Part shown: one piece after another, positions 30,662 through 41,828 of the stretch
Position numbering within the stretch: the first letter of the stretch is position 1
How the letters are laid out: each line of letters opens with the position of its first letter
Sequence record: OL615012
Direction: 5' to 3' (one strand)
DNA length: 64,000 nucleotides
Origin: Shigella phage vB_SboM_Phaginator
The notes under the pieces: generated by a model
The model's input: only the letters and a program-made list of their open reading frames with translations
Told to the model about the DNA's origin: nothing
Database searches by the model: none
Made by a program: the position numbers and the translations under genes

Positions 30662-31122
30662 AGAGAGTCTCTTAATAGGTTTAACACATCAATAAATTCA
30701 GCTTCGGTTAGTATTGTATCATCTTTTGTTAGACCACTAGCCATGCTGTGCTTCAAAACTTTTCCTTTCGAGGCTTGTAATGCATCACGAAAGCCCTTGT
30801 TTTGGATCGCTGTTTCAAAATATGCATTTGTGTATAATTCTTTCCACGCCGGGGAGTATCTTGAAAACGGAACTCCGAGCCAGAAGAGGGTCCCACGGTC
30901 CTGAGCTCTAGCATAAGACCTTCCAGCTTGTTGGGCGGCAAGCCCGGATAACCCAAATACACGACGTTGTTGTTCAACATTTTTCACCTTGCACCCTTGG
31001 AGGAATCCTTCAAGACCTCCAAATTGAATACCATCCATAACGAAAGGCCATTGGGCGAAATTACTTAATGCACATGATGGCCACCTAAAATTGCTTCTAA
31101 TCTCTAACTCAGACATTTTCAA
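30658..31122 (-). CDS. NADAR/YbiA-like (DUF1768-type) protein, putative ADP-ribose or N-glycoside hydrolase
   Basis: 154-aa ORF; LSNFAQWP...DG...EGFLQGCK pattern resembles the YbiA/NADAR signature as I recall it; not verified by profile search. Confidence 0.5.
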   Translation of the reverse strand: MKMSELEIRSNFRWPSCALSNFAQWPFVMDGIQFGGLEGFLQGCKVKNVEQQRRVFGLSGLAAQQAGRSYARAQDRGTLFWLGVPFSRYSPAWKELYTNAYFETAIQNKGFRDALQASKGKVLKHSMASGLTKDDTILTEAEFIDVLNLLRDSL

Positions 31123-31315
31123 TACTTATAATTTCAACATCAGCCCAATGACCATAGCAAGGAAGACGAAATTCAACTGGCCAGTTAGGGTCCTTTTCTA
31201 ATATAACAGACTCAACTCGTGGTTCTTCATGTTCATCAGTATATGGATTTTTATCTGTTACTTTATATGTGACCTTAATGTACTGAATTCCAAAAATCTT
31301 ATTAATTATATTCAT
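31109..31315 (-). CDS. Hypothetical protein
   Basis: 68-aa ORF in packed early array. Confidence 0.5.
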   Translation of the reverse strand: MNIINKIFGIQYIKVTYKVTDKNPYTDEHEEPRVESVILEKDPNWPVEFRLPCYGHWADVEIISIENV

Positions 31316-31509
31316 ACTAATTCCTTTAATCCGTAAATAGGAGATAATTCATCACCCATACGAAGGTCTTCATTTCCATCTACCCAGGAAACAATATAAG
31401 CCTCTTTTATTTGAATACCACTCCATTTAAATGGAGGTAGAACCTTAGAAATTAATCCAGGTATACCAACTACCTTTAATTCAACAGTTTGACCTAAAAA
31501 GAATTTCAT
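31312..31509 (-). CDS. Hypothetical protein
   Basis: 65-aa ORF in packed early array. Confidence 0.5.
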   Translation of the reverse strand: MKFFLGQTVELKVVGIPGLISKVLPPFKWSGIQIKEAYIVSWVDGNEDLRMGDELSPIYGLKELV

Positions 31510-31796
31510 TAGAACCTCATCTGAAAACCGTGCGATTTAACATTACCACCGCCAATATCAGAAATGTTAATTTCACTCGCAATCGAAGGATCGATGTCAA
31601 TTTCACGATTAAGTTTAGTGATAGCTAAAGTATCACGCCCATTTACTGTACGGAATTCTAAAGGACAAACCACATCAACGTAATTTTTAATCGATTCACT
31701 GGTAGGTTGCAAATGAGCAGGAAGGTCTTTAGGCGCCTTTGAGAAAACAACTTCACAGAAATTTTTGCGGGTATCAAAATAAGTAGTCATAAACAT
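31509..31796 (-). CDS. Hypothetical protein
   Basis: 95-aa ORF. Confidence 0.55.
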   Translation of the reverse strand: MFMTTYFDTRKNFCEVVFSKAPKDLPAHLQPTSESIKNYVDVVCPLEFRTVNGRDTLAITKLNREIDIDPSIASEINISDIGGGNVKSHGFQMRF

Positions 31797-31812
31797 AATA
31801 TTTTCCTCAGTA

Positions 31813-31828
31813 AGGGGCCGAAGCCCCT
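31813..31828. terminator. UUCG-type hairpin between 30.x ORFs
   Basis: AGGGGC-CGAA-GCCCCU; T-tract lies on plus strand side, so orientation is ambiguous. Confidence 0.35.
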
Positions 31829-31837
31829 CATTTATTT

Positions 31838-32203
31838 TTAAATATCAAATTCGTTGAGAACTACATCAAAGATTGCTTCAAGATGTTCAGGTTTAGCTCT
31901 GTTACTCAGAATATGACGAATCCAAGTTTTAACCAGAAGCTTGCGATTAACACCATTCCAGCAAGGATGAGTCCCTAAATCGCGTTGACGAAAATCATCA
32001 TCCAAAGCGATTTTGAAGTTGGAACCTTCCATTGTGATTGAAACCGTGATGCCATTTTCAAATCGCATATAAACGTAGTTAGAAGTCATATACTGTTCAA
32101 TTTCGCATACTGATCCATTTTGATGTTTCCAAAGGCAAATAGTATCAATAGAACCTGCAATACCATTAGAAACATATTTACGTTCAAAGTTGATGTAGTT
32201 CAT
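31838..32203 (-). CDS. Hypothetical protein
   Basis: 121-aa ORF with GGAG ribosome-binding site. Confidence 0.6.
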   Translation of the reverse strand: MNYINFERKYVSNGIAGSIDTICLWKHQNGSVCEIEQYMTSNYVYMRFENGITVSITMEGSNFKIALDDDFRQRDLGTHPCWNGVNRKLLVKTWIRHILSNRAKPEHLEAIFDVVLNEFDI

Positions 32204-32269
32204 TTTTATTCTCCAAGATGTTTAATTGCGGTACAGGTATATAATATCATATCCTGTACCAAAGTAAAC
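32204..32269 (-). promoter_or_regulatory. Early-promoter-like cassette with inverted repeat around the -10
   Basis: Minus-strand GTTTAC (32264-32269), 17 bp spacer, TATTAT; inverted repeat GGTACAGG / CCTGTACC flanks the -10. Confidence 0.45.
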
Positions 32270-32271
32270 AA

Positions 32272-32604
32272 TTATTTTACTACTTTCCAGTGCTTCATGT
32301 CAAGTTTACCAACTTTTTTCATCTTCTCAATCAAACGTTCGGCACGTTGGCGAGCTGTAACATAATACCATTCACCTAATTCATTTTGTTCAATTTTTCC
32401 AACGATTACTGTATTCAATTCATAAATCCAACCAGTAAAGAAATTATGAACTTGAATTGTAAAAGTGAAATCTGTTCCCATACCTTCTGTTGTTTCTACT
32501 TCAATAATATCACCTTCAACTGCCATTAAGAACCACATAGTTTCATCATATTTACCATTGAAGCATTTAGTTTTAACTGTAGCGTTCAGATTAATCGTTT
32601 TCAT
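32272..32604 (-). CDS. Hypothetical protein
   Basis: 110-aa ORF with AGGAG ribosome-binding site. Confidence 0.6.
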   Translation of the reverse strand: MKTINLNATVKTKCFNGKYDETMWFLMAVEGDIIEVETTEGMGTDFTFTIQVHNFFTGWIYELNTVIVGKIEQNELGEWYYVTARQRAERLIEKMKKVGKLDMKHWKVVK

Positions 32605-32661
32605 TTTATTCTCCTTTGTTTGTGTAAGATAATACTATCACAAAGGAGCTATACTGTAAAC
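32605..32661 (-). promoter_or_regulatory. Early-promoter-like cassette; inverted repeat 3' arm contains the Shine-Dalgarno sequence
   Basis: Minus-strand GTTTAC (32656-32661), 18 bp spacer, TAGTAT; inverted repeat CUCCUUUGU / ACAAAGGAG with AGGAG 6 nt from ATG. Confidence 0.45.
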
Positions 32662-32680
32662 AACTTTATGCAATCTTTGG

Positions 32681-32710
32681 AAAATAAAAAAGGACTCCCG
32701 AAGGAGTCCT
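32681..32710 (-). terminator. Rho-independent terminator downstream of 30.9-like ORF
   Basis: GGACUCC-UUCG-GGAGUCC hairpin followed on minus strand by UUUUUUAUUUU. Confidence 0.7.
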
Positions 32711-32714
32711 CAAC

Positions 32715-32891
32715 TTATGCTTTCTGCTTACCAAAACGAGAAGCATCATCTCGAAGAACCGCACGTGCTCGGCGCATGATCTTCTCAACAGTTTGATTGA
32801 TACGAGAGTTCGACCCACGCTTGTAGCCAGCGCGTTTAGAATCACCAACTTTCTTTTCAACTGCTTTCTTTGCTTTAACTTGTTTTGCCAT
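32715..32891 (-). CDS. Small basic protein (30.9 position)
   Basis: ORF track gives 72 aa from 32933 with no ribosome-binding site; internal ATG at 32891 gives 58-aa Lys/Arg-rich product (MAKQVKAKK...). Confidence 0.5.
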   Translation of the reverse strand: MAKQVKAKKAVEKKVGDSKRAGYKRGSNSRINQTVEKIMRRARAVLRDDASRFGKQKA

Positions 32892-33135
32892 TATAAATTC
32901 TCTTTTAAATGAAAATGCAGGACTTATTGGCATTGCCTGCGCAAGCCCTCAAGGGGAACATAGGTTTTTGGATATTTAACGACCAGGATAACCATAAACC
33001 CGTCATCATTCACATTCAAGAGGTACACCGTAAAACTGCCGGGGTCTTAAAACTATAATGATTCGCAAATCATTAATCAGACAGTTCGACGGCTCCTCGA
33101 TTTAGCTCACACTAAGGCAGTGAATCTCCAATAAA

Positions 33136-33384
33136 TTACTTCAATGTTACCACAAAGTGACGAACTGCTTTTCGTGCAGCAGAAGCCAGAGGCTTAGCAT
33201 ACTTAAGTTCATCTTTTTCCTGAAGCTCAGCAGCTAATGCAGTTTGAGCAGGATTCAGATGTTTGAAATAACGCAGGATTTCAAGAGCTTCGGCTTCAAC
33301 ATCAATAGATGCGCCATAGTTTTCGTGACCATTATTCCATGCGTTTCGTTGCAGTTCAAGAGCGTGTTGTAATTGTTTAATCAT
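33136..33384 (-). CDS. rIII: rIII lysis-inhibition accessory protein
   Basis: 82-aa ORF, T4 RIII length and position next to gene 31. Confidence 0.88.
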   Translation of the reverse strand: MIKQLQHALELQRNAWNNGHENYGASIDVEAEALEILRYFKHLNPAQTALAAELQEKDELKYAKPLASAARKAVRHFVVTLK

Positions 33385-33532
33385 TTAAAAATTCTCGTTA
33401 GAGATTAAAAACTCGGTAGTCACGTTCTTCTGAATTTCATCTTCTTTCGACAGATCTCTCAGTTGTAGACTACCACATAGAATTGTTCGGTTAACTTATT
33501 ATTCCGACACCCAATTCATATTATTATTTATA

Positions 33533-33868
33533 TCACTTATAAAGACACGGAATAGCTTTATAGTGACAAGTAACGAATTTTTGTTTAATTTCTTTTGGCT
33601 GCTTAAGACCCAGAGCTACAAAAGGATGCGGAACATTTCGAATTTGACCAACTGGAAGAGAAGTCAAATCACCAACTTCGCAGAAACCTTCAGGAACATC
33701 AGGACCAACAGAGTGAACTACACACAGTTCAGGAACTTCACCTTGAACACGTTTACCGATAATAAGTCCTGATTCTGTAACTTCTTCATCACCGGCTTGT
33801 GCAGGTTCAGAAACTAAAATAACATATTCACCGACAGCACGAATTGGTAGCTGTTGTACTTCAGACAT
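33533..33868 (-). CDS. 31: Co-chaperonin gp31 (GroES analogue for capsid protein folding)
   Basis: 111-aa ORF starting [19 protein letters not shown] as in T4 gp31. Confidence 0.95.
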
Positions 33869-33924
33869 CGTTTTTCCTTTTTGTTAACAGATGAATTAAT
33901 AATAACAAATAATTCTTAAAGCAT

Positions 33925-34233
33925 TTATTTACCAATAAATTGGAGTAAATGCTCAACTTTCATACCATTAACAGAAATCAATTTGTCAATAGAAAAACCT
34001 CGCCATGCACCAAGTTCAACATCAAATACTGGAATCATGTCAGTAGATTCTTTCCAAGTAGATTCAGTCAATTTACCAGTTTGCATGGTTGGCATAAAGT
34101 CTGCATCACGAGTACCTTTCATAGTACGAATAGTACCATCAGACTTTTCAAAAACTACGTTTGAAATACCCATGGACAATTTAGTTTTCAAAATTTCACG
34201 AATTGCTACTTTCTGCTCAGTTGTCAGTTTCAT
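33925..34233 (-). CDS. Hypothetical protein (31.1 position)
   Basis: 102-aa ORF. Confidence 0.6.
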   Translation of the reverse strand: MKLTTEQKVAIREILKTKLSMGISNVVFEKSDGTIRTMKGTRDADFMPTMQTGKLTESTWKESTDMIPVFDVELGAWRGFSIDKLISVNGMKVEHLLQFIGK

Positions 34234-34470
34234 TTATTTACCTATTACAGTTTTAATATGGGTTGTTCCACGTTCTTTAAGAGTGGAAAGCAATTTTTGG
34301 CATTTTTCTAAATCAGATTTCCAACTATATGGTCTATCAATACAAACCCATTCTGACTTATAATACTGCTTCCATTTAGAGAAAAAATATTTCTTATACT
34401 CTACAGCAAATGAAATATTCTCATTAGAATAAGAACTAATTGCTGTGAGCTGTACCAAACGAAATTTCAT
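34234..34470 (-). CDS. Hypothetical protein (31.2 position)
   Basis: 78-aa ORF. Confidence 0.6.
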   Translation of the reverse strand: MKFRLVQLTAISSYSNENISFAVEYKKYFFSKWKQYYKSEWVCIDRPYSWKSDLEKCQKLLSTLKERGTTHIKTVIGK

Positions 34471-35051
34471 TATTCACCACAGAATTCGTTGATATTTTCC
34501 CAGTTTAACTTATTCAAGTTTTTCTTAGGAACATTAAACACTTCAATACCTGCATTTCGCAGAATATCATCCCAACCAGGTTTATTTTTATCGTATGTTT
34601 CGCAATAAACCAGCTTTTTAATACCAGATTGAGCTATCGCTTTTGCGCAATCTGGACAAGGAGAAAGTGTTACATACATAGTAGCACCTTCAATAGAAGA
34701 ACCATTTCGTGCAGCAAACAAAATTGCATTTAGTTCAGCATGAATTTCATTTTTAGACGACCATTCAGAGTGAGCGCTACGGTGTTCTTTCGCCAAAACA
34801 AAGCGATCAGTTGAACCGAATGATATGCATTCAGGCTTATGGCCTTGAATGATAGTATGTTTAGGCTTATTCAACAACCAACCTTGCTCAGCAGCATAAT
34901 CACAACAGTTCACACCTCCTGCGGGTGAACCATTATACCCAGTAGAAATAATACGTCCATTCTTTTCAATTACTGCTCCTACCTTCCAGGAGCAACATTT
35001 TGATTCTTGTGATACTAAATATGCAATTTGAAGTACTGTACTCGCTTTCAT
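34470..35051 (-). CDS. cd: dCMP deaminase
   Basis: 193-aa ORF (T4 Cd 193 aa) with cytidine/dCMP deaminase zinc motifs (HAE...PCxxC). Confidence 0.95.
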   Translation of the reverse strand: MKASTVLQIAYLVSQESKCCSWKVGAVIEKNGRIISTGYNGSPAGGVNCCDYAAEQGWLLNKPKHTIIQGHKPECISFGSTDRFVLAKEHRSAHSEWSSKNEIHAELNAILFAARNGSSIEGATMYVTLSPCPDCAKAIAQSGIKKLVYCETYDKNKPGWDDILRNAGIEVFNVPKKNLNKLNWENINEFCGE

Positions 35052-35386
35052 TTCATAATCACCAGATAAGCAGATTTAGCAGTTTCAACACGATAAATTT
35101 CGTGACGAAGTTTAGTTATACTTTTAATAACAGAACTAATTATATTCTGCCCATCTTTAAAGCGGTTTTTCTTATCAATAAAAACTGCGCCAGTCATCTT
35201 TTTGTGAAGCTCAACTGGATACTTCGTCACAATAATAGCATCATACACAGAAGGATGAATACTATTCACCAGAGTATCATTCATTAAAGTTATTCTAATG
35301 AACTGTGCTGTTTCAGAATCAAGCGCTCTATGATCGCCAGTATCATTTTCAAGACAATTATCAATTATATCAGTTAAATTCATCAT
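35048..35386 (-). CDS. Hypothetical protein (cd.x)
   Basis: 112-aa ORF, overlapping stop/start. Confidence 0.6.
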   Translation of the reverse strand: MMNLTDIIDNCLENDTGDHRALDSETAQFIRITLMNDTLVNSIHPSVYDAIIVTKYPVELHKKMTGAVFIDKKNRFKDGQNIISSVIKSITKLRHEIYRVETAKSAYLVIMK

Positions 35387-35622
35387 AGTACGCCATACAC
35401 CCTTTGTGCTTCAACTAATCCATCAAAATCCAGTTTAAGATGCGATATTTGATCGCCATCGCCTGGATTCACAATTACTAATACTGAACGAGGAGTTTCG
35501 GTAATAACACGAACCGATGTTTCAGGAAATCGTTCAGAAACCTTATTTACCAATTCCTGTGCAAATAGCTTAACTTTTTCTTGGAATTCTTTAACAGTAA
35601 TCGGTTTTTCACTTAGCAGCAT
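35383..35622 (-). CDS. Hypothetical protein (cd.x)
   Basis: 79-aa ORF. Confidence 0.6.
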   Translation of the reverse strand: MLLSEKPITVKEFQEKVKLFAQELVNKVSERFPETSVRVITETPRSVLVIVNPGDGDQISHLKLDFDGLVEAQRVYGVL

Positions 35623-35681
35623 TTTGTTTTCCTCATTTGTTTGGTAGAGCTATAATATCACAACTCTACCGTAAAGTAAAC
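35623..35681 (-). promoter_or_regulatory. Early-promoter-like cassette with inverted repeat around the -10
   Basis: Minus-strand GTTTAC (35676-35681), 18 bp spacer, TATTAT; inverted repeat GGTAGAG / CTCTACC. Confidence 0.45.
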
Positions 35682-35683
35682 TA

Positions 35684-35989
35684 TTAAATCGCTTTGAATT
35701 CCGCAGTTTGAGATTCAAAACGAATATCGCCTTTGATGACTAGCTCAGCATCAAGACCGAATACAACAATGATATGCGCGGAACCTGGATACAGCGTAAT
35801 GGCAACAGAATCCACCTGGTCTGGAAGCAAAGTGTTCAATACATGAGTCACTTGAGCGTGGATTCGAAGCTCGGCTGCGTTATCAAGCTTTTCAAACATA
35901 TTATTAGCGATAATTTGACTAAACACTACTTCTACGATTTTAGAATAAGTCGGAAACATATTTACCTCACATAATTTTCTTCGAGCCAA
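35684..35989 (-). CDS. Hypothetical protein (cd.x)
   Basis: 101-aa ORF. Confidence 0.55.
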   Translation of the reverse strand: MARRKLCEVNMFPTYSKIVEVVFSQIIANNMFEKLDNAAELRIHAQVTHVLNTLLPDQVDSVAITLYPGSAHIIVVFGLDAELVIKGDIRFESQTAEFKAI

Positions 35990-36162
35990 TCAATAACATC
36001 CAACGCATTATCAAAAGTTGAACCATCTACTTTGTCTTCTGTTTCATAATCAAGAACATCTAAACCTACTCTTCCATCAACAATAGGCCATAAACAAAAT
36101 AGATATTTCTTTTCTTTTTCAATTTTATCACAAAGACGATAAATCTTTTCTATGTTATTCAT
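35962..36162 (-). CDS. Hypothetical protein (cd.x)
   Basis: 66-aa ORF. Confidence 0.5.
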   Translation of the reverse strand: MNNIEKIYRLCDKIEKEKKYLFCLWPIVDGRVGLDVLDYETEDKVDGSTFDNALDVIDWLEENYVR

Positions 36163-36351
36163 AAGTTTTCCATGGTAAAGGCAGTTTAGTTTTCTTTACT
36201 GTTAGTTCAATATCAGGATTCTTTTCTCTTAATTTAAGGCATTCCTCCCAAGCTCTGATTTCACTAGTGAATACACAAAATTGCCCATTACTAGTACCGA
36301 CTAAACCACTATTTACAATAATAATAGCCCAAGTTTCATGATGCCACGCCA

Positions 36352-36352
<1 letters not shown>
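36155..36352 (-). CDS. Hypothetical protein (cd.x)
   Basis: 65-aa ORF. Confidence 0.5.
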
Positions 36353-37555
<1,203 letters not shown>

Positions 37556-37559
<4 letters not shown>

Positions 37560-37786
37560 TTATTTTTCTCAACCAATGATTGAATATAATCATGCAGGTC
37601 TTTAGATGCTTTACCCCACTTATTTTGGTATTCATTTTTAAGATTAGCCCGAGATTGAGCTAATAAAACATCATTAGTTGGAGGTAAAGATTCTAATCGT
37701 TGAATCTGGCGTCCATAAATCATTGCAGCCATCTCGGATTCATAAATCAATCCTTTGAGATGTTCAAATTGATGCCATGAAATCAT
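37556..37786 (-). CDS. Hypothetical protein (pseT.x)
   Basis: 76-aa ORF. Confidence 0.55.
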
Positions 37787-38082
37787 TTACATTTATCCTC
37801 TTTTAGCTCTTGACGATAATAACATATCATAGTTTTTTGGTCATGTACATATCGTTTTACATCATTAAGCCAAATACGAAATTCCTGAGAATCTTCAAAT
37901 GGCATACCGACCCAAGCTTTACCATCAATAACTTTAACTTGCCAAGATAGTTTAGCTTCATCATATGACTTTATTTGTACAGGCCAATTAGGATGAACTG
38001 TTTCTTTCTTTACTTCTAGAGGCTTTGTCGAACAACCAACTAGAAGACCAATAGATAATATTACTGCTGATAGTTTAATCAT
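37783..38082 (-). CDS. Outer-membrane spanin (o-spanin lipoprotein)
   Basis: 99-aa ORF with signal peptide and lipobox (LLVGC|S); immediately follows i-spanin-like ORF. Confidence 0.7.
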   Translation of the reverse strand: MIKLSAVILSIGLLVGCSTKPLEVKKETVHPNWPVQIKSYDEAKLSWQVKVIDGKAWVGMPFEDSQEFRIWLNDVKRYVHDQKTMICYYRQELKEDKCK

Positions 38083-38432
38083 TTAGAAAGGTCCTGGATG
38101 TCTTCTGCGAACTTGTTGAAGGAGTTGTTGATTTGTTTTTCAACCAATCCTGGCTTATGAGCCACCACATCCGCCTTCTTTGCGTCTTTGCGCAGTTTTT
38201 CATTTTCACGCTCAATAGCAGCAATTGCCTCACGATTTTTATTATTCATCGCATCAATATAATTATACTGAATTCGCAAATTATTTAATGCTAAGGCGTT
38301 TTCATTGGCTGTTTTTGTAATTTCAGTAACTGATGTTTCTAATCTTTCTACCTTATTTTTTAAAATAATAGATGTTCCGCCAAATGCTATTACAAGTAAT
38401 AGCAATCCAGCTGTAAAATTACTTACATGCAT
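38079..38432 (-). CDS. Inner-membrane spanin (i-spanin)
   Basis: 117-aa ORF with single N-terminal transmembrane helix (AGLLLLVIAFGGTSIIL) then charged helical periplasmic region. Confidence 0.7.
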   Translation of the reverse strand: MHVSNFTAGLLLLVIAFGGTSIILKNKVERLETSVTEITKTANENALALNNLRIQYNYIDAMNNKNREAIAAIERENEKLRKDAKKADVVAHKPGLVEKQINNSFNKFAEDIQDLSK

Positions 38433-38929
38433 AAAGTTTTAATAACCTCTATAATATCGTCTTGAGAAAGACCGTTAATTAAAATATGATGTTCAGCCGG
38501 AGATTTAGAAATTTTAAAGCATGCCTCAACATCTTCTGCCATATCCGATGCGCTACGATTTGGATTACTAATTCCAAGACGATGTTTTCCCGTCAAAGGA
38601 TTAACGATGATATAGCATTTACAGCTATTGATATGAACATTAGGCTGAGTCTGATTAATGAATACTTCGCACTCATACTTAGCGAGTTGATTTTCTAAAA
38701 AGACTTTCATCTCTTCAACCGCATCAGGAAGCATATCACGGGCTTGCTCAAGACGACGATTTCGATATTCTTTAATGGTCGTTTTCCGCTTAACTTGCTT
38801 AGCTAAATCTTTCTTAAGATCGGTGATATATCCAACTCGACGATTTCCTTTGAATACAGAAATCCCATCTGTAGTATCACCGTATGCTTCAACGACCATT
38901 TCAGTAGTAATGAGCTGCAAATCCATCAT
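38423..38929 (-). CDS. alc: Alc, inhibitor of host (cytosine-DNA) transcription
   Basis: 168-aa ORF at the T4 alc position between pseT.3 and rnlA. Confidence 0.75.
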   Translation of the reverse strand: MMDLQLITTEMVVEAYGDTTDGISVFKGNRRVGYITDLKKDLAKQVKRKTTIKEYRNRRLEQARDMLPDAVEEMKVFLENQLAKYECEVFINQTQPNVHINSCKCYIIVNPLTGKHRLGISNPNRSASDMAEDVEACFKISKSPAEHHILINGLSQDDIIEVIKTLCM

Positions 38930-38987
38930 AAAGTCCTCATGTTATGTCAGTAAGACTACTATAACACAACATGAGGGACTTGTAAAC
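38930..38987 (-). promoter_or_regulatory. Early-promoter-like cassette upstream of alc (second copy of the 23620-23680 element)
   Basis: Minus-strand GTTTAC (38982-38987), 18 bp spacer, TGnTATAGT; perfect inverted repeat CCUCAUGUU / AACAUGAGG covering GAGG ribosome-binding site. Confidence 0.5.
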
Positions 38988-38990
38988 AGC

Positions 38991-40578
<1,588 letters not shown>

Positions 40579-40585
40579 AATAAAA

Positions 40586-40601
40586 TGGGCCTTGCGGCCC
40601 A
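40586..40601 (-). terminator. Hairpin between nrdB stop and denA start
   Basis: GGGCC-GCAA-GGCCC stem-loop followed by UUUUAUU then denA AUG; AGGAG lies just upstream of the hairpin. Confidence 0.45.
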
Positions 40602-40605
40602 CTCC

Positions 40606-41784
40606 TTAAAAGTATTTTTTAAAACTCATCATAACTTTATCATCAACATCATTATCAATCTGTGCAACAAGGTAAGATGACAGTTCTACTTCTTGTGGCG
40701 CGGATTGAACATTATCAGAATTAAGATATTCACGAATCCAAGGATATGGATGTTTAACCGGGGCATCGGTAATTGGGCATGGAAGACCACACTGTTTCAT
40801 ACGAGATACAGTTAAGTAATCAATAAAGCTCCACATGCTATTTGTATTTAATCCGGGAACGTCTCCATCTTTAAATAAATGAACTGCCCAATCTTTTTCT
40901 TGGCGGTTAACTTCCATGAAAATATCAACTGCTTCTTGTTCACACTCTTGAGCAATTTTAACCCATTCATCACCATCAGTGCCAAGCTGAAGTTGACGAA
41001 TAATATATTGAGTGCCTTTAAGGTGAAGTTGTTCATCACGTGCAATGAACTTCATAATCTTGGCATTACCTTCCATGATTTCCATGTTCTTATGGAAGTT
41101 AAAGGTACATGCGAAAGATACATAAAAACGAATAGCTTCAAGGGCATTAATAACATGCAGACACAGATAAAGCGACTTCATTAGCTCACGCTTCCAATAT
41201 GTCTCATGCTCAATAGCATCTTCAATAACGTCTTCGTCTGCATTAATTTCTTTTTGGTATTCGATATCAGCTTTAGCGTTTTCCCAATAACGAGTTTTAA
41301 TCAGAACGTCATCATAATAACGTCCAATGGATTCAGCGCGTTTCATAATAGCTTCATCTAATACAATCTCATCAAATACCTTTGACGGATCAGTATAAAG
41401 ATTTCGCATGATATGAGTATATGAACGACTGTGAATAGTTTCACTAAAAGTCCATGTAGCAACCCATGTATCAAGACTTGGGTCTGAAATTAATGACATA
41501 AGTACAGCAGATGGTGCACGACCCTGAATGCTATCCAAAAGTGATTGATACTTCAGATTATTAGTAAAAATATTCTGCTGATACTGAGGAAGCTTATTAA
41601 ACTGTGCAGCATCCATCATCAAGTTTACTTCTTCAGGACGCCAGAAAAATGATAATTGCTTTTCGGTTAAATCTTCAAAAACTTTATGGCGTTGAATATC
41701 ATAACGCGCAATACCAAGACCTGAACCAAAAAACATGGGTTCTTTTAAAACATCAACTGGATTTGTGTTAAAAACTGTGCTCAT
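40606..41784 (-). CDS. nrdB: Ribonucleotide reductase small subunit (uninterrupted, no intron)
   Basis: 392-aa continuous ORF starting MSTVFNTNPVDVL; full-length R2 in one frame. Confidence 0.96.
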   Translation of the reverse strand: MSTVFNTNPVDVLKEPMFFGSGLGIARYDIQRHKVFEDLTEKQLSFFWRPEEVNLMMDAAQFNKLPQYQQNIFTNNLKYQSLLDSIQGRAPSAVLMSLISDPSLDTWVATWTFSETIHSRSYTHIMRNLYTDPSKVFDEIVLDEAIMKRAESIGRYYDDVLIKTRYWENAKADIEYQKEINADEDVIEDAIEHETYWKRELMKSLYLCLHVINALEAIRFYVSFACTFNFHKNMEIMEGNAKIMKFIARDEQLHLKGTQYIIRQLQLGTDGDEWVKIAQECEQEAVDIFMEVNRQEKDWAVHLFKDGDVPGLNTNSMWSFIDYLTVSRMKQCGLPCPITDAPVKHPYPWIREYLNSDNVQSAPQEVELSSYLVAQIDNDVDDKVMMSFKKYF

Positions 41785-41810
41785 AAATTTTCCACTTAGT
41801 TAATAGATAG

Positions 41811-41828
41811 TGACTCGTCCATGAGTCA
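41811..41828. repeat. Inverted repeat in the nrdA-nrdB intergenic spacer
   Basis: TGACTC-GTCCAT-GAGTCA in a 51-bp spacer. Confidence 0.5.
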
